Origin: Terriglobia bacterium
GTDB lineage: Bacteria > Acidobacteriota > Terriglobia > 20CM-2-55-15
Length of the DNA: 64,000 nt
Assembly (NCBI GenBank): GCA_965198225.1
Contig: CBDAOY010000007.1
Span: forward strand, 128,001-192,000
Direction of reading: 5' to 3'
Of this stretch, positions 19,557-29,800 are shown piece after piece. Under the pieces are notes generated by a model that saw nothing but the letters and a program-made list of their open reading frames with translations, was not told the DNA's origin and made no database searches. A program made the translations under genes and the position numbers. Each line of letters begins with the position of its first letter. The stretch's first letter is position 1.

Positions 19557-20927
19557 ATGTTCATCACCAAGAAGCATATCTCCCGGCGCACGATGCTTCG
19601 CGGCATGGGAGCGGCGGTATCGCTTCCATTCCTGGAATCGATGGTGCCGGCCGCGACGCCTCTCAAGCAGACGGCGGCTTCTCCACGCAGCCGTTTTGCT
19701 GCTATCGAGATCGTGCACGGTTCGGCGGGCAGTACGGTCTACGGTACCGACAACAGCCTTTGGACTCCGGCCACGGAGGGCCGCGATTTCGAATTCGGCA
19801 CGATCCTGAAACCGCTGCAATCGCTCCGGGACTACGTCACGGTGGCTACTTTGATGGACTGTCACCAGGCCGATCCGTTCACGCCGGAAGAAGTCGGCGC
19901 GGATCACTTTCGCTCGGCGGCTGTTTTCCTCACGGCGTCCCACCCCCGCCAGACCGAGGGTTCCGACGTCTACTGCGGGACTTCGATCGATCAGATGTAC
20001 GCGCACAAGTTCGGCCAGGACACACCGCTGCCGTCGATCCAGCTCTGCACGGAGAACTTCGACACCGCCGGCACCTGCGCGTTCAACTACAGCTGCGTTT
20101 ACATGGACACGATCAGCTGGTCGTCGCCCTCGACACCGCTGCAGATGACATACAACCCGCGTGTCGCATTCGAGAACGTGTTCGGTACCGGGGGGTCGCC
20201 CGAAGATCGTGCCGCCAGGCGGAAGGCGAACCGCAGCATCCTCGACGGGATCACGCACGACGTCGCGCGGCTCATGACGGATCTGAACCAGGCGGATCAG
20301 GGTCGTCTGAACACTTACCTGGACAACGTTCGGGAGATCGAACGCCGAATCGAGAGGATCGAAGCCTACAACCGCTCCGGCGCCGAAAGGGCGGTGCCGT
20401 CGGCCCCGGTCGGGGTTCCCGATTACTGGGAAGATCACGTGAAGATCATGATCGACCTGACGGCGTTGGCGTTCTCCTCGGAGACCACGCGCGTCTCGGC
20501 GATCAAGCTCGGACGCGACACGAGTGATCGCGTCTTCCCCGAGAGCGGCAGCACCAAGTCGTTCCACTCGGCTTCACATCATGGCGAGACGCCCTCAGGA
20601 ATCGAAGAGTTCGCCAAGATCAACCGGTATCACGTCAGCATGATCGCCTACTTCGCGAACAAGCTGAAGAGTATGCCAGACGGCGACGGCAACCTCCTGG
20701 ATAACTCGCTGATTCTCTACGGCAGTGGCATGGGCAATTCCAACGTGCACGGCCACCGGCGCGTGCCGTTCCTGCTGACCGGACATGCAGCCGGTACTGT
20801 GAAGGGCAACCTGCATGTGCGGGCCGCCGAGGAGACGCCTCAAGGCAACGGCCTGCTGAGTGTCATGCACAAGCTTGGCGTCGAGGTCGATAGCGTCGGC
20901 GACAGTACAGGAACGATCGCGATCTAG
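19557..20927 (+). CDS. DUF1552 (HXXSHH-motif) protein, Tat-exported, copy 1
   Basis: Twin-arginine leader SRRTMLRG, FHSASHHG motif, CAFNYSCVY, GNLLDNSLILYGSGMG. AGGAGG RBS. Confidence 0.9.
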   Translation: MFITKKHISRRTMLRGMGAAVSLPFLESMVPAATPLKQTAASPRSRFAAIEIVHGSAGSTVYGTDNSLWTPATEGRDFEFGTILKPLQSLRDYVTVATLMDCHQADPFTPEEVGADHFRSAAVFLTASHPRQTEGSDVYCGTSIDQMYAHKFGQDTPLPSIQLCTENFDTAGTCAFNYSCVYMDTISWSSPSTPLQMTYNPRVAFENVFGTGGSPEDRAARRKANRSILDGITHDVARLMTDLNQADQGRLNTYLDNVREIERRIERIEAYNRSGAERAVPSAPVGVPDYWEDHVKIMIDLTALAFSSETTRVSAIKLGRDTSDRVFPESGSTKSFHSASHHGETPSGIEEFAKINRYHVSMIAYFANKLKSMPDGDGNLLDNSLILYGSGMGNSNVHGHRRVPFLLTGHAAGTVKGNLHVRAAEETPQGNGLLSVMHKLGVEVDSVGDSTGTIAI

Positions 20928-21029
20928 ATGCTCCTAACCTCGCGGCGGCCCATGGCTGCCGCCGCAGGGCGGGGCCGATTCAAGGTGTTTGGAACCGACT
21001 CGAATCAAAACTTGAAGGAAGGGATCACA

Positions 21030-22640
21030 ATGTTCGGTAAAACTTTGACAGCGGGCCTATTCGTCGCATTGCTGATCGTCGGGACAGCACAGACGGCTGC
21101 GGCCCAGGACTTGCGCCTCCCGGACGCAGCGATGCGGGGTGACCTGGAAGCTGTTCGCTCGCTGCTGGGCGAAGGTGTCGACGTGAACGCGGTTCAGGGC
21201 GACGGCAACACGGCGCTCCACTGGGCGGCGTACCGCCGCAACGCCGAGTTGGTTCGTATCTTGACCGACGCGGGTGCAGACACCGCGGCCAAGACACGCA
21301 TCGGTGACATGACGCCTCTGTTCATGGCGGCGAAGCTCGGCGATGCGGAAATCATGGAGCTGCTGCTCAAGGCCGGGGCGGATGCGAACGTCGCGAACAC
21401 GAACGGGACAACGCCGCTCATGCTGGCAGCCGGCTCGGGAAAAACCGCGGCGGTCCACCTGTTGTTGGATCATGGCGCCGACGTGAATGCCCGGGACGTC
21501 ACGAACGGGCAGACGGCAGTGATGTTTGCCGCCGCGCTCAATCGTGGCGAGGCGATCACGATGCTGGCCGACCACGAAGCCGACCTGGGAGTGCTGACCA
21601 AGGTGTCCCATGTCCAAAAGGGACGCCGGGCCCGCGTCGATGACGAGTTGGACGAGGCTACCGTCGAGATGGGCGGCAACGCCGCGCTGCACTTCGCGGC
21701 CCGCGAGGGGGCGTTCGATGCGGTGCGGGCGCTCGTTGCGGCCGGAGCCGATGTCGATCAGGTGTCGGGCAACGATCAGACCCCTCCGATGACACAGGCG
21801 TTGATCACCGGGAATCTCGACATCGCGATGTTCCTGCTCGAATCAGGCGCTGACCCCAACATCACGAACGCCGACGGGACGGCACCGCTCTACGCCACGC
21901 TCGATGCACGTTTCGCCCAGCGCACATGGTACCCGCCCCCGACCGTCGAGCAGGAGAAGACCGACTACCTCGACCTGATGAAGGCGCTTCTGGCCAAGGG
22001 AGCGGACCCGAACGCCAGACTGAAGAAGCAGCTCTGGTACCGGCAGTTCGGCAACAGCGGAAGCCCGGACAGAGCCGGCGCCACGCCGTTCTGGCGGGCG
22101 ACGCAGGCGCACGATCTGACGGCGATGAAGATGCTGCTGGAGGCGGGCGCGGATCCGAACATCAACACGACAAAGGGATCCTCAGCGCTCATGGTTGCAT
22201 CCGGCATCCACTACTCCAACCAGGGCCTGAACTACCTGCCGGACCAGCGGTCCGCTGTGGTTAAGTTCCTCGTCGAGGAGCTTGGGGCCGACGTGAAACA
22301 CAAAGACCATATCGGCCACACACCGTTGCACGGCGCCGCGTTGATCGGGGACCACGACATCATTCGCTATCTCGTGGACAGGGGTGCCGATGTGACGGCG
22401 CGGGCCAACACTATCAGCGGCAGCGGCGACGGCGGTGGAACCGCCCAGGAGGTGGATCCGGGCACGGGTGATTCGCCGGCGGACATGGCCAATGGCTGGT
22501 CGATGAATGCGCCGCAGTATCCCGAGACGGTCCAGTTCCTGATCAGCCTGGGTTCGCCGTTTGCCAATACGTGCTGGGCTTCGAACTGCGTGAACCCGAC
22601 GATCTCGGACGACAGGGTCAACGGGAAGAAGAACCAGTAG
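21030..22640 (+). CDS. Secreted ankyrin-repeat protein, copy 1
   Basis: Signal peptide and many G.TALH.AA / GADVN ankyrin repeats. C-terminal CWASNC. Confidence 0.9.
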   Translation: MFGKTLTAGLFVALLIVGTAQTAAAQDLRLPDAAMRGDLEAVRSLLGEGVDVNAVQGDGNTALHWAAYRRNAELVRILTDAGADTAAKTRIGDMTPLFMAAKLGDAEIMELLLKAGADANVANTNGTTPLMLAAGSGKTAAVHLLLDHGADVNARDVTNGQTAVMFAAALNRGEAITMLADHEADLGVLTKVSHVQKGRRARVDDELDEATVEMGGNAALHFAAREGAFDAVRALVAAGADVDQVSGNDQTPPMTQALITGNLDIAMFLLESGADPNITNADGTAPLYATLDARFAQRTWYPPPTVEQEKTDYLDLMKALLAKGADPNARLKKQLWYRQFGNSGSPDRAGATPFWRATQAHDLTAMKMLLEAGADPNINTTKGSSALMVASGIHYSNQGLNYLPDQRSAVVKFLVEELGADVKHKDHIGHTPLHGAALIGDHDIIRYLVDRGADVTARANTISGSGDGGGTAQEVDPGTGDSPADMANGWSMNAPQYPETVQFLISLGSPFANTCWASNCVNPTISDDRVNGKKNQ

Positions 22641-22686
22641 GTAGAGCGTTTCCGAGGCCAGACAGGTCCTTCGAACTTCAAGCGAG

Positions 22687-22718
22687 AAAGGAGCCCGTAA
22701 AACGGGCTCCTTTTGTTT
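22687..22718 (+). terminator. Rho-independent terminator
   Basis: AAAGGAGCCCGT-AAA-ACGGGCTCCTTTTGTTT. Confidence 0.85.
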
Positions 22719-22784
22719 GATCGTGCTTTCCAGGAATTGGCGGAAAGGGTGATCGATTTCATCGAACTGCTGAGGAATACGAAA

Positions 22785-23717
22785 ATGGAAAAGCTATTCG
22801 GGAGCATCGGGGCGCAGCGCAGGATGGGCCGGCGGGAATTCATGGGGAGTAGCCTGGCCCTGGCTACGGCCGCCACCCTCGGACCGGTTTCGACTTTGAG
22901 CCGCTCGGCGCCGTCATCGATGGCCGCGGCGGAGGGCACGAAAGCCGCCTGGTTGAGCCACTACACCTACGTGGCGCCCGATCTCGCCGTGACCCGCGAC
23001 TGGTACCACGAAGTGTTCGGCATGCAGATTGGGCACCAGGATGCGACCGAAGCGCACCTGTGGTATGGCGACGAAGGCGGAGACACGCTGATGATCGTCC
23101 GCCAGGCGGGTGCCGGCGAGAAATCCCCGCGAATAGATCGCTTCGGCTTCAGCCTGGACGACTGGGACAGGAACGCGGTCGAGTCGGAGTTGACGCGTCG
23201 TGGCCTGCGCCCTCAGGCGGACACCGATCGCGGTTTCTGGTTCAACGATCCGGAGGGAAACAAGATCGGGGTCTTTGCCGGCGACTATGTGACGCGCCCC
23301 GATGCGCGCCCGGACCCACCTCACCTCTGGAAGGCGCTCAGCGCGAACCACATCGTCGTGACGTCGCGAGACTACCGCAAACTAGGCGACTGGTACGGGG
23401 ATCTGTTGGAGTTGAGGGAGACCAACGACGGCGGTAGGGACGTCTACCAGTGGTTCGGCGATTCGGTGTGGATTCCAACGGCTGTCAGGGAAGGCGCCCA
23501 GACATCGTTCGAGCTCGATTCGCTCGACCATGTCGCCTACACCATCGCGGACTACAATTCAGCGGATGTCGAAGCCGAGTTGAAACGCCGGAAAATGATC
23601 GAGCCCGACGACGACGTGACCGGCAGTCTCGGTATCAATTGTGTGGATATCAATGGGTTCAAGACCCAGGTTTGTGACATCAACCTCGTGTCCAACGCTG
23701 AGCAGGGGCGCGGGTAG
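22785..23717 (+). CDS. Tat-exported two-domain VOC (glyoxalase/bleomycin-resistance/dioxygenase) family protein
   Basis: GRREFMG Tat motif. Two repeats: LSHYTYVAPD..TRDWYHEVFG / FNDPEG and ANHIVVTSRD..DWYGDLL / LDHVAY / DING. Confidence 0.75.
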   Translation: MEKLFGSIGAQRRMGRREFMGSSLALATAATLGPVSTLSRSAPSSMAAAEGTKAAWLSHYTYVAPDLAVTRDWYHEVFGMQIGHQDATEAHLWYGDEGGDTLMIVRQAGAGEKSPRIDRFGFSLDDWDRNAVESELTRRGLRPQADTDRGFWFNDPEGNKIGVFAGDYVTRPDARPDPPHLWKALSANHIVVTSRDYRKLGDWYGDLLELRETNDGGRDVYQWFGDSVWIPTAVREGAQTSFELDSLDHVAYTIADYNSADVEAELKRRKMIEPDDDVTGSLGINCVDINGFKTQVCDINLVSNAEQGRG

Positions 23718-23733
23718 CAGACCCCAGGAGAAC

Positions 23734-24564
23734 ATGACGATGCAGACCTACGGAAAAAAGGCTAATCAAGGGAAGCACTGGAGAGGGGGCACCCTCTTTG
23801 TGGTCGCCCTCATGCTCATCGGTGCGCGTGCCGAGTTTTTCTCGGGAGAACCGGAGAGGGAGCGGGCCCTCGCCCAAAGCGGCGCGGAAACGACGACCGT
23901 CTGGGACGGCGTCTACACTGATGCCCAGAGCGCGGCCGGCGAGACGGTTTACGAGCAACACTGTGCGGTCTGCCACGGAGAGGCGGCTTCGGGCCAGCGC
24001 GGGCCTCAACTCATTGGTGAGGAATTCTTTGAGGACTGGAGGGAAGACAGCTTGGGCGCCCTGTACGGTTTCATCCGAACCAACATGCCCCGACGCAGGC
24101 CTCCGCTGGAGGACTCCGATTACCTCGCTGTCACGACTTATATCTTGAAGGAGAACGGTTTTCCATCGGGGAATGAAGGATTGACCGTCCGATCCATGGG
24201 AGCGGTTCGAATCGAAGGTAAGGATGGGCCGAAGCCGCTGCCGCCCGGCTCGCTGGTCCAGGTCACCGGCTGCCTGACCCCCGACGGGGGCGACTGGGAC
24301 CTCTCGATGGCGAGTCCACCTGCTCGCAACAGAAATACGGATCCGGAGAGCGCGGCGACCGAGGAGGAGCTGAAGGCGGCCCGGGACATGCCCGGCGGGG
24401 ATCTGACGTTCGATCTCGCAAACTTCTTCATGCTTGGTGACTTCGACCCCGCAGCGCACTCAGGCCACAAGATGCTCGCGCGAGGAGCGCTGATCCGGCG
24501 CCCGAGCGGCGATCGAATCAGCCTGACCGGCCTGGACATGCTCACCGTGGAGTGCGGGCCGTAA
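23734..24564 (+). CDS. Periplasmic monoheme cytochrome c with C-terminal extra domain
   Basis: Hydrophobic leader, VWDGVYTDAQ..G..VY..HCAVCHG, TNMP distal Met. C-terminal domain with a GCL...C pair. AGGAG RBS. Confidence 0.82.
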   Translation: MTMQTYGKKANQGKHWRGGTLFVVALMLIGARAEFFSGEPERERALAQSGAETTTVWDGVYTDAQSAAGETVYEQHCAVCHGEAASGQRGPQLIGEEFFEDWREDSLGALYGFIRTNMPRRRPPLEDSDYLAVTTYILKENGFPSGNEGLTVRSMGAVRIEGKDGPKPLPPGSLVQVTGCLTPDGGDWDLSMASPPARNRNTDPESAATEEELKAARDMPGGDLTFDLANFFMLGDFDPAAHSGHKMLARGALIRRPSGDRISLTGLDMLTVECGP

Positions 24565-24678
24565 CGCCGAGCTCACTTCTTTTATACAAAGGGCCTTCGA
24601 GCCGGATCAGTCGGTTCGGAGGCCCTTACATTTCATCCATCCTGCCGGGTTCGGCCAACCGGCGCATTCGAGGTGTCT

Positions 24679-26355
24679 ATGTCCATCGACCGCAGAACCT
24701 TCATCCGCTCCGGCATCGCCGCCGGAGGGCTAGCTTCCCTTTCCAGTTACGGCTGCGGCCGCGGAGAGCCCGGACCACCCGCGGGTGGGGAACCCGACAC
24801 GGCGTCTGTCGGGTCTTTTGAATTGGACGAGATCACGATATCGGAGCTTCGGGAGCGGATCAGCTCCGGCGCCCTCACGTGCCGCGCAGTCACGGAAATG
24901 TACCTGGACCGGATCGAGGCGCTCAACACGAACGGACCGCGTCTTTATGCCGTTCTGGAGACCAACCCGGACGCGCTCGAGATCGCCGAGCAACTGGACC
25001 AGGAACTCCAGGCTCAAGGTCCCCGAGGGCCGCTTCACGGCATTCCGATCCTCCTTAAAGACAACGTCGACACGGCCGACAGGATGACGACGACCGCCGG
25101 GTCGACCGCGCTTCGGGGTTCAATCCCGCCCCAGGATTCTTTCGTTGCTCAGAAGCTGCGCGAGGCGGGCGCCGTGCTTCTGGGCAAGGCGAACATGAGC
25201 GAATGGGCTGGTTGGAAGTCGTTCGAACGTGGGACATCCGGATGGAGCGGCCGCGGATGGAACGGTGGTCAGGGAGACTTCTGCAGGAATCCGTACGCTC
25301 TCGATCGTATTCCGGGCGGCTCCAGCTCCGGCTCCGGCTCCGGCGCGGCCGCCAACCTGGCTGCTGCCGCGATCGGTTCCGAGACTGACGGTTCTATCGT
25401 CGGGCCGTCCTCGAGGAACTGCCTGGTCGGAATCAAGCCGACGATCGGCTTGGTAAGCCGGGGCGGAGTCATCCCGATCTCGAGCAGCCAGGACAGCACC
25501 GGACCGATGACCCGAGCCGTCACCGATGCGGCCATCATCCTGGGAACCCTGACAGGCGTGGATCCGCGCGACCCGAAGACCACCCCCAGCGAGGGCAACT
25601 TCCCGACAGATTACACGGCATCGCTCGACCCTGCCGGATTGAACGGCGCCCGCATCGGTGTCGCGCGTGAGTACGCGGGTTTCGATGATCGTGTGGACAA
25701 GGTTTTCGACGACGCGCTCGACGTGATGCGTGCCCAGGGCGCGACCGTGGTCGATCCGATCCAACTGCCCCCCGAACTGCGGTTCGGCAACGACGACGAG
25801 ATGGAAGTCCTCTACCACGAGTTCAAGGCGGACCTGAACGCCTACCTCGCGTCGCTGGGGCCCGACGCTCCGATCAAATCGCTGGCGGAACTCATCGCAT
25901 ACAACGAGGCGAACGCCGAGCTCGAATTGTCCCTGTTCGGTCAGGAGTTGCTGACCGGTTCCGAAGAGCGGGGTCCGTTGACCGATGCGCCCTATGTCAG
26001 CGCGCTCCGCAACAGCCATCGTCTGTCCCGCAACGAGGGGATCGATCGGGTGATGGATGCCGAAAACCTGGACGCGATCGTGGGCCCGACGAGCGGACCG
26101 GCCGCCCTGCTGGACCCCCTCGGTGCCCGGCTCGGCTCCGGAGGCGGATGTTCGACTCCGTCGGCGATGGCGGGATATCCCAATATGACCCTCCCGATGG
26201 GATTCATCTACGGCTTACCGGTCGGTATTTCGCTGTTCGGACGGGCCTGGAGCGAGGCGACCCTGCTCCGCCTCGCCTACGCCTTCGAGCAGGCGACGAA
26301 CTTCCGTACCCCACCTCGATTCCTGCCCACGATGGACGTGAGGGCGGGAATATGA
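24679..26355 (+). CDS. Amidase-signature family amidase with Tat (lipo)protein leader
   Basis: DRRTFIR Tat motif and SYGC lipobox-like site. GPLHGIPILLKDN, GGSSSGS, GSETDGSI catalytic motifs. Confidence 0.92.
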   Translation: MSIDRRTFIRSGIAAGGLASLSSYGCGRGEPGPPAGGEPDTASVGSFELDEITISELRERISSGALTCRAVTEMYLDRIEALNTNGPRLYAVLETNPDALEIAEQLDQELQAQGPRGPLHGIPILLKDNVDTADRMTTTAGSTALRGSIPPQDSFVAQKLREAGAVLLGKANMSEWAGWKSFERGTSGWSGRGWNGGQGDFCRNPYALDRIPGGSSSGSGSGAAANLAAAAIGSETDGSIVGPSSRNCLVGIKPTIGLVSRGGVIPISSSQDSTGPMTRAVTDAAIILGTLTGVDPRDPKTTPSEGNFPTDYTASLDPAGLNGARIGVAREYAGFDDRVDKVFDDALDVMRAQGATVVDPIQLPPELRFGNDDEMEVLYHEFKADLNAYLASLGPDAPIKSLAELIAYNEANAELELSLFGQELLTGSEERGPLTDAPYVSALRNSHRLSRNEGIDRVMDAENLDAIVGPTSGPAALLDPLGARLGSGGGCSTPSAMAGYPNMTLPMGFIYGLPVGISLFGRAWSEATLLRLAYAFEQATNFRTPPRFLPTMDVRAGI

Positions 26356-26401
26356 ACCCTCGGCGGGTCTTATTGCAAATCGCGATATCTGAACAATCCA
26401 C

Positions 26402-26516
26402 ATTGCAGGTTGCTCATTGGAGATTGCTTCATTTCAGATTTCCGACCGATAAGAAATCGAGCAATCTCTAATCTCCAACTTCCAATGCGGATTCGTCCAA
26501 TTGACCAATCTGCAAT
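26402..26516. repeat. Imperfect long inverted repeat built from ATTG/CAAT short repeats
   Basis: ATTGCAGGTTGCTCATTGGAGATTGCT pairs imperfectly with AGCAATCTCTAAT and TCCAATTGACCAATCTGCAAT. AT-richer than the flanks. Confidence 0.55.
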
Positions 26517-26583
26517 CCGCTGGTCCTGGGATGAGAAGTTCTCGGCGCTCATTCACACCGAATTCCCAGTTTTCTAAACAAAC

Positions 26584-26666
26584 AGATCGGGGACGGAGAC
26601 CGAATTCGTGAGACCCGCAACTCGCTGGTTTTAAAGGCGGGGTAATTCGGTCTCCGTCCCCGATCT
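26584..26666. repeat. Perfect 23-bp inverted repeat (REP/MITE-like, second family)
   Basis: AGATCGGGGACGGAGACCGAATT (26584-26606) and its exact reverse complement (26644-26666) around a 37-bp spacer. Confidence 0.8.
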
Positions 26667-26683
26667 CACCCCCTTCGGAAACG

Positions 26684-26756
26684 GTGTAGGTGCGGTCTAT
26701 GACCGCACAACTCGTGGTTCCGCGGGCATTTGTGCGCTCATAGAGCGCACCTACAC
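26684..26756. repeat. GTAG-type REP doublet (REPIN)
   Basis: GTGTAG-GTGCGGTC-TAT-GACCGCAC, 23-bp spacer, then inverted GTGCGCTC-ATA-GAGCGCAC-CTACAC. Confidence 0.88.
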
Positions 26757-26783
26757 TTGTGCCGGGCATAGGTGCTTCCACCC

Positions 26784-26830
26784 AAAAAAAGAGGCTGGCG
26801 ACCCGCTTTCGCGGGCCGCCAGCCTCTTTG
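26784..26830 (-). terminator. Rho-independent terminator of TBDR-2
   Basis: AAAAAAAGAGGCTGGCGACCCGC-TTTC-GCGGGCCGCCAGCCTCTTT, with a U-tract on the minus strand. Confidence 0.85.
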
Positions 26831-26837
26831 GGGGCTA

Positions 26838-29800
26838 CTACTCAGGAACTGCTACGAGTCGGCTAGAACTCGAACCGCAGTGCCAGCTGAATCTGCCGGT
26901 TGACGTGGACGTCCGGCCCACGGCGCCGAAGTTGGACGAATTCCAGGTCAAGTTCGGGAAGCCGAAGTTCGGGTGGTTCAGGGCATTGAAGAACTCCGCC
27001 CGGAACTGGATCCGGGAGTCTTCTGCGACGTCGAAGGCCTTGGCCAGCGTGAGGTCGAGCGTCTGGATGCCATCCGAGGTAGCCGTGCCGCGCGCGGAGT
27101 TCCCGAACGTGAAACGGTCCGGCATCGCGTACGCCGCTTTGTTGATCCACTGGATGGGATCGGGGTTGGCCCGCTTGGGGTTTCCGACCAGATGAGGCCG
27201 GTCTCCCCGTATCAGAACCCCGCTGTTGTCCCCGGCGAGCCGCGGTGTCAGGGGGAAGCCCGACTGCGCGGTCAATATCCCCGAGAACTCCCATCCCCCA
27301 AGGATGAAGTTCGCGGCGTCCGGAATGTCGGAACCGAAGCGCTGTCCTCGCCCGAACGGCAGCTCCGACACCCAGCTGAAGCGGTAGACGTGCCGGACGT
27401 CAAAGTCCGAGAGACCCCTTTCGGCGGCAAGGTTGTAGCTGTCCTGCGGGGTGCTGGACGAGCCTCGACCCTGGCCGCCGGTGTTGTCGATCGACTTGCC
27501 CCAGGTGTAGGAGGAGATAAAGGTCAGCCCGTCGGCGAACCGCTTCTCAACCCGGGCCTGCAGCGAGTGGAAGTTCGAGTTGCCGGTCCATTCCGATGTT
27601 CGGAGCCGCCCGAACGCGGGATAGGGACGCGGACCGACGACACCGTTGATCAACTGGGGCTGGTTGAGCCGCCGCTGACGTTTCAGCTTATTCGTCTTGG
27701 AACCGACGTAGCTCGTGTCGATCAGGAGCCCCGAGACCAGTTCGTGCTGGATCCCGAAGTTATACTGGATCGAATACGTGTCGCGGAAGTCTCGATTGAC
27801 ACCGTTGAGGCTGATAACGCTCGCCACCCGGGCGGCGCCGTCGGGGAAGGCCCCCTCCGGTGTGAACTCCAAGGGAAACAGCTTGTCGTCGAAGCTCAGG
27901 AACGTGAAGCGGGGGTAGTTCACGATGATGCTGAAGTTGTGCCGTTCATCGTTGTCGTAGAAGACGCCGGTTCCGCCCTTGATCACGGTTTGCGATCCAC
28001 CGAACGGCCTGTAGGCGAACCCCAGGCGCGGAGCGAAGTTGTTGTGGTCCCCGTTGACCAGCGAGCGTCCTTCACCACCCTCGCTGGCGATGCGGACCTT
28101 CCGGGTCTCCGGATCGAAGCTGGAGAAGCGATCGGCCTCCTCGGTCATCCGCTTGTAGAACTCGTAGCGCAGGCCCCAGTTGATCGTCAGATTCGGCGTG
28201 GCCTTCCAATCGTCCTGGATGTAGAGTGCCGTCTCGAACTTGCGGGGGTGACCCTGAACATCTCCGCGACTGACATTGGTCGAGTCCGGCAGACCGAGCA
28301 GGAAGTCGGCAAAGGCGAATCCCGTCTGACCCGTCCGGCTCACCGAACGGTACTGGAAGGCGGACGCGCCTCCAACCCCGGCATTGAACAGGTACCGACG
28401 GACATCCACACCGTACTTGAAGGTGTGATTGCCTTTGATCTGGGTCACGTTGCCCAGGTAGTTGTAGGTGTTCACGGCGCGATCGAAACCGCCGCCGCGG
28501 CCGATCTCGTGCAGCCCCTGTATCTGTATGGGGTTGAAGGAGACGCGTCGAGTCTCGAACGCACGGAGCTCGTCTGGACCCAGTTCAAGCGGTTTGAACG
28601 GCTGGTTCAGACGGCTGTAACCGGCCCGCAACTCGACGATCGTGTTCTGGGAGGCCGTCCAGGTCAGGTTGAGACCGATGTTAGTCCGGTACTGGTTCGA
28701 AGAGGTGGGATACCCGTCGATACGGCGGCTCGGGTTCGAGCTGATCTGGTCGCCGTAGGGGTCGAAGATCGGGTTCGCCGTGTAGCTGCCCCGGCCGCTG
28801 GCGCGCCAGTTATCGTTGAACTGGTGGTCGATCTTGACCGAGATGTCGTTGATGTCGTCTTCGGTGACGGGATTGCCGACGTAGTTGTTGACCGACGAGT
28901 TCGGTTCGCTGAGGCGCAGGTTGGGCACTGGAAAGCTCGGTTTGCCGTCAGCCTTGGTGTAGTTGAGGATCGCCCGCGAGTTCGAGTTGAAGCGATCCTG
29001 CGGGATGATGTTGCCCGGGAACGGCTGCCCGGTCACCGGATCCATGATCTGCTGCGACAGGGCCGAAAAGTCTCCCTGCCTCCACGCCAGCGGTGGCACG
29101 CTGCCCACGCGGGTCTGGGCCTCTCGGGACCGGAGCCCTTCGTACAGGACGAAGAAGAAGGTCTTGTCCTGCTTGATCGGACCGCCGACTGCCGCGCCGA
29201 ACTGGTTCTTGACCTGACGCGGGATGTCCTTGTCCGCCGGGTCGAAGTAATTCTTGGCATTGAGCGCCGATCCCCGGTAGAACTCCCAGACTGCGCCGTG
29301 TACCGCGTTTGTACCGGACTTCGTCGTGACGTTGACGACGGCGCCCGAGTTGCGACCGAACTCCGCCGCGTACGCCGAGGTCTGCACCTTGAACTCCTGG
29401 ATCAGGTCGATAGACGGCCGGTAGGCGTAGATGCGAACGACCGGATCGATGTTGTCCACCCCGTCCAGGATGAAGCTGCTCGTGACCTCACGCTGTCCGA
29501 CGACGTTGAACAGGCCGCGGTTGGCGTTGAGCGATCCCTCCACAGACATCGTGGCGCCCGGAACGAGGTTGACCAGCTGCTCGAACCGTCGACCGTTGAG
29601 GGGGAGCTCGGTGACTTTCCGTTGGTCGACGACGAAGCCGACCGAGCTGTCCTCGGTCTGGACCAGGGGCGCCTCACTCGTGACCTCGATCGTTTCCGTG
29701 AGCTGCCCCACCTGCAGGGCGAAGTCGATCCGCGCTCGGGCATCCACGTTCAGTGTGATCCCGGTCCGGACTTCCGACCGGAACCCCGGCAACTCGGTCG

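Noticed and set aside
24589-24627. Hairpin between the cytochrome c and amidase genes as an ncRNA or terminator
   Set aside because: The stem is real but has no clear U-tract or recognisable RNA family. It is probably an mRNA stability or processing hairpin.
26895-26915. Programmed ribosomal frameshift or phase variation at the TBDR-2 C-terminus
   Set aside because: There is no slippery heptamer or homopolymer tract at the site. A simple indel is more parsimonious.
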